Assembly: GCA_902461815.1 (NCBI GenBank)
Contig: CABPZE010000003.1
Location: forward strand, 10,544-74,543
Origin: an uncultured Anaerotruncus sp.
GTDB lineage: Bacteria > Bacillota > Clostridia > Oscillospirales > CAG-272
DNA length: 64,000 nucleotides
Direction: 5' to 3'
In this document: one piece after another, positions 38,725 to 47,068 of the stretch
How the letters are laid out: each line of letters starts with the position of its first letter
Numbering within the stretch: the first letter of the stretch is position 1
The notes under the pieces: generated by a model
What the model was told of the DNA's origin: nothing
What the model saw: the letters and a program-made list of their open reading frames with translations, nothing else
Database searches by the model: none
Translations under genes and position numbers: made by a program

Positions 38725-39726
38725 TTATCTTGCCCTGTAATTGACCACACCGTTCATGCCTCCCTCAATGACGCGACCGATGCCCAGCGCCACGCTGTCA
38801 AGCGGACGCTTTGCCACGGTAACGCGCACTCCGGTGCGATCGGAAAGCAGTGCCGCAAGTCCGCCCAGCAGCGCGCCGCCTCCGGCAAGCATGATTCCGA
38901 AATCGTATATATCCGCGCTCAGCTCGGGAGGCGTCGCCTCAAGCGCCGAGCAGACGGTTTCAATTATCTGCTCCACCTGCGGGCGCATTGCCGCGCGCAT
39001 GTGCGCCGAGGTCATCGTCATAACGGCGGGAAGCCCGGTGCGCAGATTGCGCCCGCGTATTTCCATCTCGCCGCGGTCAAGACCTGGGTATACCGATCCG
39101 ATGTTTTTCTTAAGCGCCTCGGCGGTGCCGTCGCCTATCAGCACCTGATGCTCACGCTTCATGTACTGAACGATGGCGTCGTCTATCTCGTTACCCGCGG
39201 TGCGCAGCGAGCGGGACACCACCACGCCGCCCAGACTCAGCACTGCGACCTCGGTGGTGCCGCCGCCTATATCAACGATCATTGAGCCGCGCGCTCCGTT
39301 TATTCGCAGACCCGAGCCTATGGCGGCGGCGATCGGCTCTTCTATCAGAGCCACGCTTTTGGCGCCCGCTTCAAAGGTCGCGTCCTCCACGGCGCGCCGC
39401 TCGACCTCGGTCACATCGTGCGGGATGCAGATGATAACGGACGGCGACGAGAAAATGCTGTCCGCCGCCGTTTTGACGAAAAAGTGGTGCAACATCTTTG
39501 CCGTAACGTCAAAATCGGCGATAACGCCGTCCTTGAGCGGAGGATAAGCCACTATGTTGCCGGGGGTCTTGCCCAGCATACGCTTTGCATCCTCCCCGAC
39601 GGCGACCACCTTTTTGGTGTTCTGGTTTATCGCCACCACCGACGGCTCGCGCAGGATTATCCCCTTGCCCTTCATGTAAACAAGCGTATTGGCGGTTCCA
39701 AGGTCAATACCTATGTGCTTTGCCAT
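38725..39726 (-). CDS. mreB: Rod shape-determining protein MreB
   Basis: 333 aa actin-like protein (IGIDLGTANTLV, DIGGGTTEVAV). Confidence 0.95.
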   Translation of the reverse strand: MAKHIGIDLGTANTLVYMKGKGIILREPSVVAINQNTKKVVAVGEDAKRMLGKTPGNIVAYPPLKDGVIADFDVTAKMLHHFFVKTAADSIFSSPSVIICIPHDVTEVERRAVEDATFEAGAKSVALIEEPIAAAIGSGLRINGARGSMIVDIGGGTTEVAVLSLGGVVVSRSLRTAGNEIDDAIVQYMKREHQVLIGDGTAEALKKNIGSVYPGLDRGEMEIRGRNLRTGLPAVMTMTSAHMRAAMRPQVEQIIETVCSALEATPPELSADIYDFGIMLAGGGALLGGLAALLSDRTGVRVTVAKRPLDSVALGIGRVIEGGMNGVVNYRAR

Positions 39727-39771
39727 TTTCGCTCTCCTTAAAAATCAAAAATCAGATATCCGCCTTGCGGC

Positions 39772-40389
39772 TTACTCAAATTCGGTCAGCAGCACCCCGA
39801 AGCTGTCCCGCGCCGCCGCATAAACGGCGTGAAGCGGCAGCCCCATTACGTTGAAATAATCTCCGGTGATACCGGGGATGTAAAGCGCCGCGCGTCCCTG
39901 TATCCCGTACGCTCCCGCCTTGTCGTAGGGTTCGTCGGTGGAGATGTAGGCTTCAATTTCCTCCGGACTCATTTCGTCAAAAGCGACATATGTCGTCTCA
40001 CAGCCGCAGGACTCCGCCATGTCGGAAAGACGGATAAGCGCAAAGCCCGTGTGTACGGCACTGCCGCATCCGGCAAGCATCGAAAGCATACGCCTTGCGT
40101 CCTCGCGGTCGCGGGGCTTGCCCAGCGTCTGACCGAAGCACTCCACCACGGTGTCGGCGGCAAGCACGAAGATGTCGTCCCGGCTTCCGTCGTAAGAGGG
40201 ATCGTCCGCTATCCGCTCCGCCGCGGCGCGGCATTTGCGCGCGGCAAGCAGCTCCGCCCTTTCGGCGGCGGACATACCCTCGTCAACGCTCTCGTCGGTG
40301 TCGGTGGGCATGACGGTAAAGTGCACGCCCGCACCGCGCAGTATTTCGCTGCGCCGTGGTGAGGCAGAGGCAAGTATGAGCTTTTTCAT
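39772..40389 (-). CDS. maf: Maf-like nucleoside triphosphate pyrophosphatase
   Basis: Start set to MKKLILASASPRR at 40389 with a purine-rich SD. The longer ORF would overlap dut. Confidence 0.85.
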   Translation of the reverse strand: MKKLILASASPRRSEILRGAGVHFTVMPTDTDESVDEGMSAAERAELLAARKCRAAAERIADDPSYDGSRDDIFVLAADTVVECFGQTLGKPRDREDARRMLSMLAGCGSAVHTGFALIRLSDMAESCGCETTYVAFDEMSPEEIEAYISTDEPYDKAGAYGIQGRAALYIPGITGDYFNVMGLPLHAVYAAARDSFGVLLTEFE

Positions 40390-40411
40390 CTTTTCTTTTC
40401 CTCTCCTCTCC

Positions 40412-40858
40412 TCACTGTACTCCGGTCGAGCCGAAGCCTCCCGCGCCGCGTTCGGTCTCGTCAAGCGAGTCGGTCACGCAGAAATCGGCGTGCATCACGG
40501 GCAGGAACATCATCTGAGCCACCCTGTCGCCGTCGTTCACCGTAAAGGGAACCTCTGAATTGTTCGCCAGAGTGACCGAAATTTCGCCGCGGTAGTCGGA
40601 ATCTATCACTCCGATGCCGTTCGCCAGAGATATACCGTGCTTTGCGCCCAGCCCGCTGCGTCCGGCTATGACGGCGACAACATCGTCCCTGCCCGAGGAT
40701 ATTGAGATTCCGGTGGGGATGCGCGCACGTCCGCGCGGCTCGATAGTAACGCTTCCGCCCTCAAGCGCGGCGCGCAGATCGACCGCCGCCGAGCCGGAAG
40801 TTGCGTATTCGGGAACGCGCGCTCCGCGCGTGAGCTTTATGTCAACATTTATCTTCAT
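40412..40858 (-). CDS. dut: dUTP diphosphatase
   Basis: 148 aa. Motifs GSAAVDLRA, GRSGLGAKHGI, GVIDSDYRGE. Confidence 0.9.
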   Translation of the reverse strand: MKINVDIKLTRGARVPEYATSGSAAVDLRAALEGGSVTIEPRGRARIPTGISISSGRDDVVAVIAGRSGLGAKHGISLANGIGVIDSDYRGEISVTLANNSEVPFTVNDGDRVAQMMFLPVMHADFCVTDSLDETERGAGGFGSTGVQ

Positions 40859-41029
40859 TGCGGGTTCTCACTTTACTTAAAACAGAATATATCTTGTAAT
40901 ATTATATCATACTCCGGACTGCCGTTCAAGTGTTTTGATGTATATTAAAAGAAATATAACATTTACACCTAAACTCCTTTCCGGGCGCATCGGCGGCGTC
41001 CGAAAGCGCCGAATTATTCCTTATCTCTC

Positions 41030-41058
41030 TTGCAATCCGGAAAAAGCTGTGATATAAT
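41030..41058 (+). promoter_or_regulatory. Sigma-A-type promoter with extended -10 (TTGCAA-17-TGaTATAAT)
   Basis: Located 75 nt upstream of the HMA gene. Confidence 0.6.
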
Positions 41059-41132
41059 TAACACTGTCATATTCTTTATGTATATTATGCGGCGCATCAT
41101 CATGACCGCACCGCAAGGAAAGAGGCAAAATC

Positions 41133-41396
41133 ATGTTTGAAAAATTAAACGATCTGTTCAAATCAAATTCCACAACTCACGAATATCAGCTCAATGTGGG
41201 AGGCATGAAGTGCGAAAACTGCGTCAAAAAGCTCACCGAGCTGCTCTCTAAGGTCCCCGGCATCGAAAAGGTCGCCGCCTCCCTCAAGGACGGAAAGATA
41301 GATATCGTATCCTCCGTTCCGGTAGTAAAGGAAACGGTCGAAAAGCTCATCAAGAACGCCGGATTTGACTTCAAGGGACTTATCGAGAAAAAATAA
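41133..41396 (+). CDS. Heavy-metal-associated (HMA) domain protein, CopZ-like
   Basis: 87 aa with GMKCENC metal-binding motif and a ~20-aa N-terminal extension. Confidence 0.75.
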   Translation: MFEKLNDLFKSNSTTHEYQLNVGGMKCENCVKKLTELLSKVPGIEKVAASLKDGKIDIVSSVPVVKETVEKLIKNAGFDFKGLIEKK

Positions 41397-41459
41397 TCGC
41401 CTCTTGCCCAAGCTTCGCCATTACCCCAGTAATTCTGACAGAAAGACAGGAAACGAAAG

Positions 41460-42833
41460 ATGAAAACAACCCTTACACGTACATTGGCGGCTTTGCTTGC
41501 CCTGCTTGTCTGCGTCGGGTCGCTTTGCGCCCTTTCCGGATGCGCCGACACCGGGACGCCGGACGACAGCACCGTGGACACATCTTCCGCCGTTGCCGAG
41601 GTAACGGACGCTCCCGAAGTGACAGTGGAAAACGCGCTCTCGGTATTGGGTCCGCGCAATTTCGGAGACGAGACAGTCACCTTCTTCTCCCGCTATTACA
41701 ACGGCGCGTGGATCTCCGACCTTGTCTCCACCGCGGACGACATGGACACCGTGCTTGTCTCGGTATACAAACGGAACAAGTTCATTGAAGAAAACTACGG
41801 CGTAAAGATCGAGGAGATAAGAAGCGGCTCCGCCGCCTTCCAGGCAAAGGTCGCCTCCCGCGTTTCCACCGGGGACGACAGCTTTGACGTTCTTTACATG
41901 GGGCTTTCCGACTGCGCCTCAACGGCGTCAGCCGGATATCTCACCGACCTTAACGAGATAAAGAACCTCGACCTTGAGGGCAGGTGGTGGTCGCAGTCGC
42001 TCAACAGCGTCTGGTCGATAGGCGGCAAGCAGTTCTTTGCCACCGGTGACATCACTACCACCGACAATATGGCGACCCGCTGTATGTACTTCAACAAGGA
42101 CATTGCCGAAAAGCACAATCTGAGAGCGCCCTATGACTGCGTTGCGGACAACACCTGGACCTTTGAGACATTTTTCACGATGGTCAGCGAGGCAGGCATT
42201 CTTTCCGGCGACGGCAAGGATATCTCCGCAAACCAGTACGGAGCCGTGGCACAGACCACCTTCGGCTTTATGATGCTTATGGCGGCGGATGAGCTGCTGA
42301 CCAAAAACAACAGCGAGGATATCCCCGAGCTGGTGTTCGGCTCTGACCGCAGCTATGCAATAGTTGATTATCTGACCAAGAACATATCCGGAAACACCGC
42401 CGTCTGGCTCGGTGACGACAAGGACATAATGGAGATATTCTCTGGCGGGCGCTCCCTTTTCATGGCAGAGGTGCTTTTTCATGCAAAGACGATGCGCGAC
42501 AAGGATGTGACCTTCGGAATACTCCCCATGCCCAAGTACACAGCCGACCAGGAGGATTACTGCCAGTACACCACCGGCTACTGCACGACTGTCATCGCCT
42601 TCCCCAAGACCACGACCGGCGACAGACTTGACCGCGCCTCCTTCATTACCGAGGCAATGGCAATTCAGTCGCTTACCACCGTCACTCCGGCGTTCTATGA
42701 GGTCTGCCTCAAGGCAAGATATTCCGACGCCCCCGAGGACGCGCGCATGATAGACATACCGTTGCCGCCGTTCTGCGCGAGCTGCGCGCGGGAAGCTCGG
42801 TGCGGCTTTTGTGGTTTGACGACCGCGCCGTAA
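41460..42833 (+). CDS. Lipoprotein, extracellular solute-binding-protein-like (3' end uncertain)
   Basis: 457 aa with lipobox LSGC. Overall resemblance to orphan family-1 SBP lipoproteins. The last 24 aa (PLPPFCASCAREARCGFCGLTTAP) look atypical. See findings. Confidence 0.55.
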   Translation: MKTTLTRTLAALLALLVCVGSLCALSGCADTGTPDDSTVDTSSAVAEVTDAPEVTVENALSVLGPRNFGDETVTFFSRYYNGAWISDLVSTADDMDTVLVSVYKRNKFIEENYGVKIEEIRSGSAAFQAKVASRVSTGDDSFDVLYMGLSDCASTASAGYLTDLNEIKNLDLEGRWWSQSLNSVWSIGGKQFFATGDITTTDNMATRCMYFNKDIAEKHNLRAPYDCVADNTWTFETFFTMVSEAGILSGDGKDISANQYGAVAQTTFGFMMLMAADELLTKNNSEDIPELVFGSDRSYAIVDYLTKNISGNTAVWLGDDKDIMEIFSGGRSLFMAEVLFHAKTMRDKDVTFGILPMPKYTADQEDYCQYTTGYCTTVIAFPKTTTGDRLDRASFITEAMAIQSLTTVTPAFYEVCLKARYSDAPEDARMIDIPLPPFCASCAREARCGFCGLTTAP

Positions 42834-43228
42834 TGGGAGCTTTCGCCTACGAATTTTCCACCCCTGCGGATTTTGACCTTGTGTTTGACCTGTTTGCCAC
42901 CGCTCCCGTGCTTCGCGGAGGGGAAGACCGCAACGTCACCTCTCTTGCGGCGATGATACCCGACGCCTGCGAGGCAAGAAGCATTTATGTAATTCCCGCT
43001 GTCGATGACGAGACCGTTGCCGCCTTCAGCGATATGCGCGGAGTCGCCAAGGGAGACACGACCACGGAGGTCATGCTTTACGACCCCGAGGAACGCTATC
43101 TCAACCGCGACGAGAGGACAGCATATCTTGAGGGCTGTCGCACACAGCTTGCCGCAAACGGCATAAGACTGATAAGCCGCCGTCTGCCGGAGGCGGAAGC
43201 CCGAAAGGAGGACAATAATGTCGGCTGA
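42833..43228 (+). CDS. Hypothetical protein (or out-of-frame C-terminal part of the upstream lipoprotein)
   Basis: ATG at 42833 overlaps the upstream stop (TAATG). The same frame is open from 42701, and the ORF track starts it at GTG 42800. Codon usage looks coding. The end overlaps the next start by 11 nt. Confidence 0.45.
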   Translation: MGAFAYEFSTPADFDLVFDLFATAPVLRGGEDRNVTSLAAMIPDACEARSIYVIPAVDDETVAAFSDMRGVAKGDTTTEVMLYDPEERYLNRDERTAYLEGCRTQLAANGIRLISRRLPEAEARKEDNNVG

Positions 43229-46200
43229 AGACCTTAAAAACAATATTTCCTCCGTGAACGCAGAAGAAACCGCTACGTCCGACGAAAAGAAAGAACGCAG
43301 AAAGCGCAAGCCACGTACGGCACGGAAGACCAAAAAAGCCGCAAAGCCGAAAAAACAAAAGACGCTCCTGCCACTGCTGAAGCGTCCGCTGGTCTGCCCG
43401 CCCGAGGCGGCTGACCGCACCAACTCCTCGGTGATACTGGGCTGGATAGCGCGCGCGGCAGTGCTGTTTGTCGCAGTCTTCGGCATGACACTGCTTGTGT
43501 GCGACGCGCTTGGCTTCAACAAGGCGGAGCTTGGAAATGTCGGCGCGAGCTTTATCGCGCTGTGCTCGCTCATTTTCACCGCACTGCTTGCCCTCTGCAC
43601 ACTCAGCGCAACACGCAGATTTGCCATACCCGCCGTGTGCCTGCTGCTTGCGGGCGGGTTGGTATACATGGCGACCGGGAATGTATTCACCTACCTTTAC
43701 CGCGCCGTTGTCAACGGTATCGTGGAGCATTTCTATTCCTTTGGATATCTTTCGATAATCCAGTACGCGCAGCCGCAGGAATACGGCGGCTATACCCTGC
43801 ACGGTCTTACCATGCTTGCCGCGGCACTGCTTTCGCTGCTGTACAGCCTTGCATATGTGCCATTCCTTATGAGAAGAACACGCATCGCCGTTCCCGCGGC
43901 GGTGTCGGTACTGACGCTCGTTCCGGTTTTCGTCTACAACCTGACTCGCTCAAACTGGGGCGTATCTCTGGTCATTGCCGGATTTTCCGGGGTGCTGGTC
44001 ATGTGCGTTTACGACCGGTTTTACCAGCGCAGGCAGAATCCCGACGAGTTTGACACCGAGACCTGCGTTTTTGAGACCGAGGGCGCTCCCGCAATGCCGG
44101 AGGAGCTTACCTCACGCGAGCAGCGCCGCCATGACCGCAAGGCGGCAAAAGCGGCTGAAAAAGCCGCCCGCAAGCTGGCAAGAGCCGAAAAAAAGCATCG
44201 TTCCCGCCGACTGCGCGGCAAGGAAAAGATAAGCGCCGACGAGGACATTTCCGATTATTTCAGCTCGCGGCACTCAGCCAAGCCGGAGAAAAAACAGCGC
44301 GTGCGCGCCGAAAAGCAGACGCCCGAGGCGCGTGCGGCGCAGAAAGCGCAGAAGGCTGAGGCGCGACGGATACGTAAAGCCGAAAAGCTTGAAGCGCGCC
44401 GCCGCGACCGCGACATTCTTGCCGCGCGCCGGCAGGCACGCGCGGGAGCGCGCCAGATAACACTTCTGCGCGCCTCATCGGGCGGATATGCCGGAGCGGC
44501 GATGCTGCTTGTCGCGCTTATAATACTGTTGATCCCGACTGTGACAACGAAGGAAAACTTCAGGATAATCGAGGCAATAGACGAAAAAATGGACTATTAC
44601 CGCGAGTATGTCACAGCCCTGCTCATGGGGGACGACCCGCTGCTTGACGAGCTTGCCTACGAGGGCGGAGCCGACAGCTTTGCCCCCCGATCCACCGAGC
44701 CGCAGCATCTTTCATACACCGGAATAAAGCTGATGCAGGTGGAAGCTCCGGCGGCATACCCGATCTATCTGCGCGGCTGGATAGCCACCGACTATGACAG
44801 CGAGACCGGCTCGTGGGTCACCGCATCGCCCGAAACAGATACCTTCAAAAACTACCGCGCGACCTTCGGCACAGCCATAGACCCCGCAGAAACAATGTTT
44901 TACGGTGTCTTCAAATACGCTTCCCCCTCATCGGTAGCCGACATTGCCTTTGAGCAGAACCGCTATACCAACAGTATGTCAAAGTACGGCTTTATTGCAA
45001 TGCAGGTGAATATGAAGCGGCTTAACCTTTCGGGGCATTTAGTTTATATGCCGTCCTTCACAAACCGCAGGTACAGTCCTACTGTAACCACTCTTGGCGG
45101 AAAGGACACCTTTGCACTGCGGGCATACGGCTCCTCCGAGGCGTCAAAGCTGACCTACGTAAACTATTTTGACGGCATCTACACCGGATACCGCTTTGCC
45201 AAGGATACCGACGGATATGCCTCAGTCGCCTATGTCACCTCAATGAAAAACGCCGGCTTCTACAAGAATCTTGCCGAGGCTATCGTGCAGTTCAACGCCG
45301 ACCGAATGCTGATAGAAAAAGACAAGGCGGCAAGGGAGGAGGCACGTCGGCTTTACGGAGTCGAGGTGAAAAATTCCGGCGAATTCCGTACCGAGACCGA
45401 CGAGGCAGGCAATTATGTTATCACCCTGTCGGACGGCAGTGTCCTGTACACCGTGACCTACAACGATCCGGATGGGCATATGGTGATACGCGTACCGGTA
45501 AGCGCCGGAACTGCGGTATACACCTATGATTTGAATACAAACACGCTCATCTCCAAAAAAACAGAGGTCACGCCGTCAGCCGATGATGAGGAAACGGGAT
45601 ACGTGGCTACCGCCGACCTGCCCACACTCATCCGCTATCTTGAGTTTTACTCCGAGGCGGAAAAGGAAGCTCTGACGCAGACATGGCGGATAAGCGACTA
45701 TTACACCCGCTTTGTCTATGACACCTACACCGATAAGGCGGACAGCAAGGTCATTTCCGCGCTGGTGAAGAAGATAATCGCCGAGGCGCACACCGTGTCC
45801 ATCGAGTACACCGACGAGGGCGAGGAAATACGCACGAATGTTCCCAAGGACTTCTCGCGCGCCTCCGAGCATTGCGTGTACAGCGACAAAGCGCCCTACT
45901 CACTGGTAACCGCAGTAACGGACACAGAGGTTTACGAGCAGCGACACCGGCTGGTTATGGAATTCATAAACTGGCTGAAGGATAACTGCACCTACACGCT
46001 TACCCCCACGCTCTCGTACGCCGAGGGGTATGACGGAGTGGAAAAATTCCTTGAGATAACGCACGAGGGCTACTGCGTGCAGTTTGCCTCCGCTCTTACC
46101 CTGATGCTGCGCGAGGCGGGAATACCCGCGCGGTATGTCGAGGGCTTCATTGCCTCCGACTTCAACCGCAGCTACGGCAAGGAAAGCGTATCAAGCTATA

Positions 46201-47006
46201 TCTCATATGTGCGCGACAGCAGTGCGCACGCATGGGTCGAGGTCTGGTATGACGGGATCGAATGGGTCCAGTACGAGGCGACGCCGACCTACTATTCCGA
46301 TATGTACGAATACCGCACCTCCGATCCTGTTCCGGTCACACCGATAGGACCGGGCGGAGACGATGAGCCGGAAGAGGAGGACAACACCCTTACCGACGAG
46401 GAAATTGCCGAGCTGATAAGACAGCAGCAGCTTGCAGAGCGCCGCAGAATGATAATACGCATCGTTGTTGCAGCTGCGGTCATTCTGGCGGTTGCCGCCG
46501 CAGTGCTTGCGGTGTTCCTTATCCTCCGCCGCGGAGCAAGGAAGAAAGCCGCAGAACGGGAGGCAATTATAAGCAAACTTGAATCCGCCGGAAAGCGTGG
46601 AGAAGCTCCGATGCCCACGGGAGAAGTGCGCGTGCTTGTGCGCCGGTTCGCGGATATGCTTTCATCGCTGCTTGCCGAGCTTGGCTGTGCCCCGAAGGAC
46701 GGCGAATTCCGCGAGGATTACGCCGGACGCATCTACGGTGAGCTTGAGGCTTTCCTGCGCGCGTCGGAAGACCCGGCGGGGTCGGGAGAGCAAAAAACCC
46801 TTATGCGGGATATAACGCTTGCGGAGCTGACACGCGACCTTGACCTCATAGCCGCCGCCGAGTTCGGAGGCGAGAGCGCGACTCTGCCCGAGAGCGCACT
46901 GCCCGCTCTGGCGCTGCTTTGGCGCAGACTATACGGAACGGCATACCGCCGCCGCGTCAGCGCCCCGCGCCGATTCGTGCTGTTCTATCTGAAGCAGACA
47001 CTGTAA
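43218..47006 (+). CDS. Transglutaminase-like (TgpA-type) large polytopic membrane protein
   Basis: 1262 aa with N-terminal multi-TM block, Lys/Arg-rich linker and a large extracytoplasmic region. Transglutaminase core GYCVQFASALTLMLREAGIPARYVEGF ... SAHAWVEVWYDG, then a late TM and cytoplasmic tail. Confidence 0.8.
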   Translation: MSAEDLKNNISSVNAEETATSDEKKERRKRKPRTARKTKKAAKPKKQKTLLPLLKRPLVCPPEAADRTNSSVILGWIARAAVLFVAVFGMTLLVCDALGFNKAELGNVGASFIALCSLIFTALLALCTLSATRRFAIPAVCLLLAGGLVYMATGNVFTYLYRAVVNGIVEHFYSFGYLSIIQYAQPQEYGGYTLHGLTMLAAALLSLLYSLAYVPFLMRRTRIAVPAAVSVLTLVPVFVYNLTRSNWGVSLVIAGFSGVLVMCVYDRFYQRRQNPDEFDTETCVFETEGAPAMPEELTSREQRRHDRKAAKAAEKAARKLARAEKKHRSRRLRGKEKISADEDISDYFSSRHSAKPEKKQRVRAEKQTPEARAAQKAQKAEARRIRKAEKLEARRRDRDILAARRQARAGARQITLLRASSGGYAGAAMLLVALIILLIPTVTTKENFRIIEAIDEKMDYYREYVTALLMGDDPLLDELAYEGGADSFAPRSTEPQHLSYTGIKLMQVEAPAAYPIYLRGWIATDYDSETGSWVTASPETDTFKNYRATFGTAIDPAETMFYGVFKYASPSSVADIAFEQNRYTNSMSKYGFIAMQVNMKRLNLSGHLVYMPSFTNRRYSPTVTTLGGKDTFALRAYGSSEASKLTYVNYFDGIYTGYRFAKDTDGYASVAYVTSMKNAGFYKNLAEAIVQFNADRMLIEKDKAAREEARRLYGVEVKNSGEFRTETDEAGNYVITLSDGSVLYTVTYNDPDGHMVIRVPVSAGTAVYTYDLNTNTLISKKTEVTPSADDEETGYVATADLPTLIRYLEFYSEAEKEALTQTWRISDYYTRFVYDTYTDKADSKVISALVKKIIAEAHTVSIEYTDEGEEIRTNVPKDFSRASEHCVYSDKAPYSLVTAVTDTEVYEQRHRLVMEFINWLKDNCTYTLTPTLSYAEGYDGVEKFLEITHEGYCVQFASALTLMLREAGIPARYVEGFIASDFNRSYGKESVSSYISYVRDSSAHAWVEVWYDGIEWVQYEATPTYYSDMYEYRTSDPVPVTPIGPGGDDEPEEEDNTLTDEEIAELIRQQQLAERRRMIIRIVVAAAVILAVAAAVLAVFLILRRGARKKAAEREAIISKLESAGKRGEAPMPTGEVRVLVRRFADMLSSLLAELGCAPKDGEFREDYAGRIYGELEAFLRASEDPAGSGEQKTLMRDITLAELTRDLDLIAAAEFGGESATLPESALPALALLWRRLYGTAYRRRVSAPRRFVLFYLKQTL

Positions 47007-47024
47007 GATCCCCAAAAAACGTTT

Positions 47025-47050
47025 GGCTGCCGCGCTTTTGCGCGGCAGCC
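47025..47050. terminator. Bidirectional terminator
   Basis: GGCTGCCGCGC-TTTT-GCGCGGCAGCC followed by TTTG, between convergent genes. Confidence 0.75.
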
Positions 47051-47068
47051 TTTGATAATACAATAGTG

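Noticed and set aside
42759-42830. CxxC-x6-CxxC (FCASCAREARCGFCG) at the lipoprotein C-terminus, considered as a zinc-knuckle domain.
   Set aside because: A cytoplasmic-type zinc knuckle on an exported lipoprotein is implausible. It is more likely an out-of-frame artefact or a fortuitous tail. It is covered under the junction finding.
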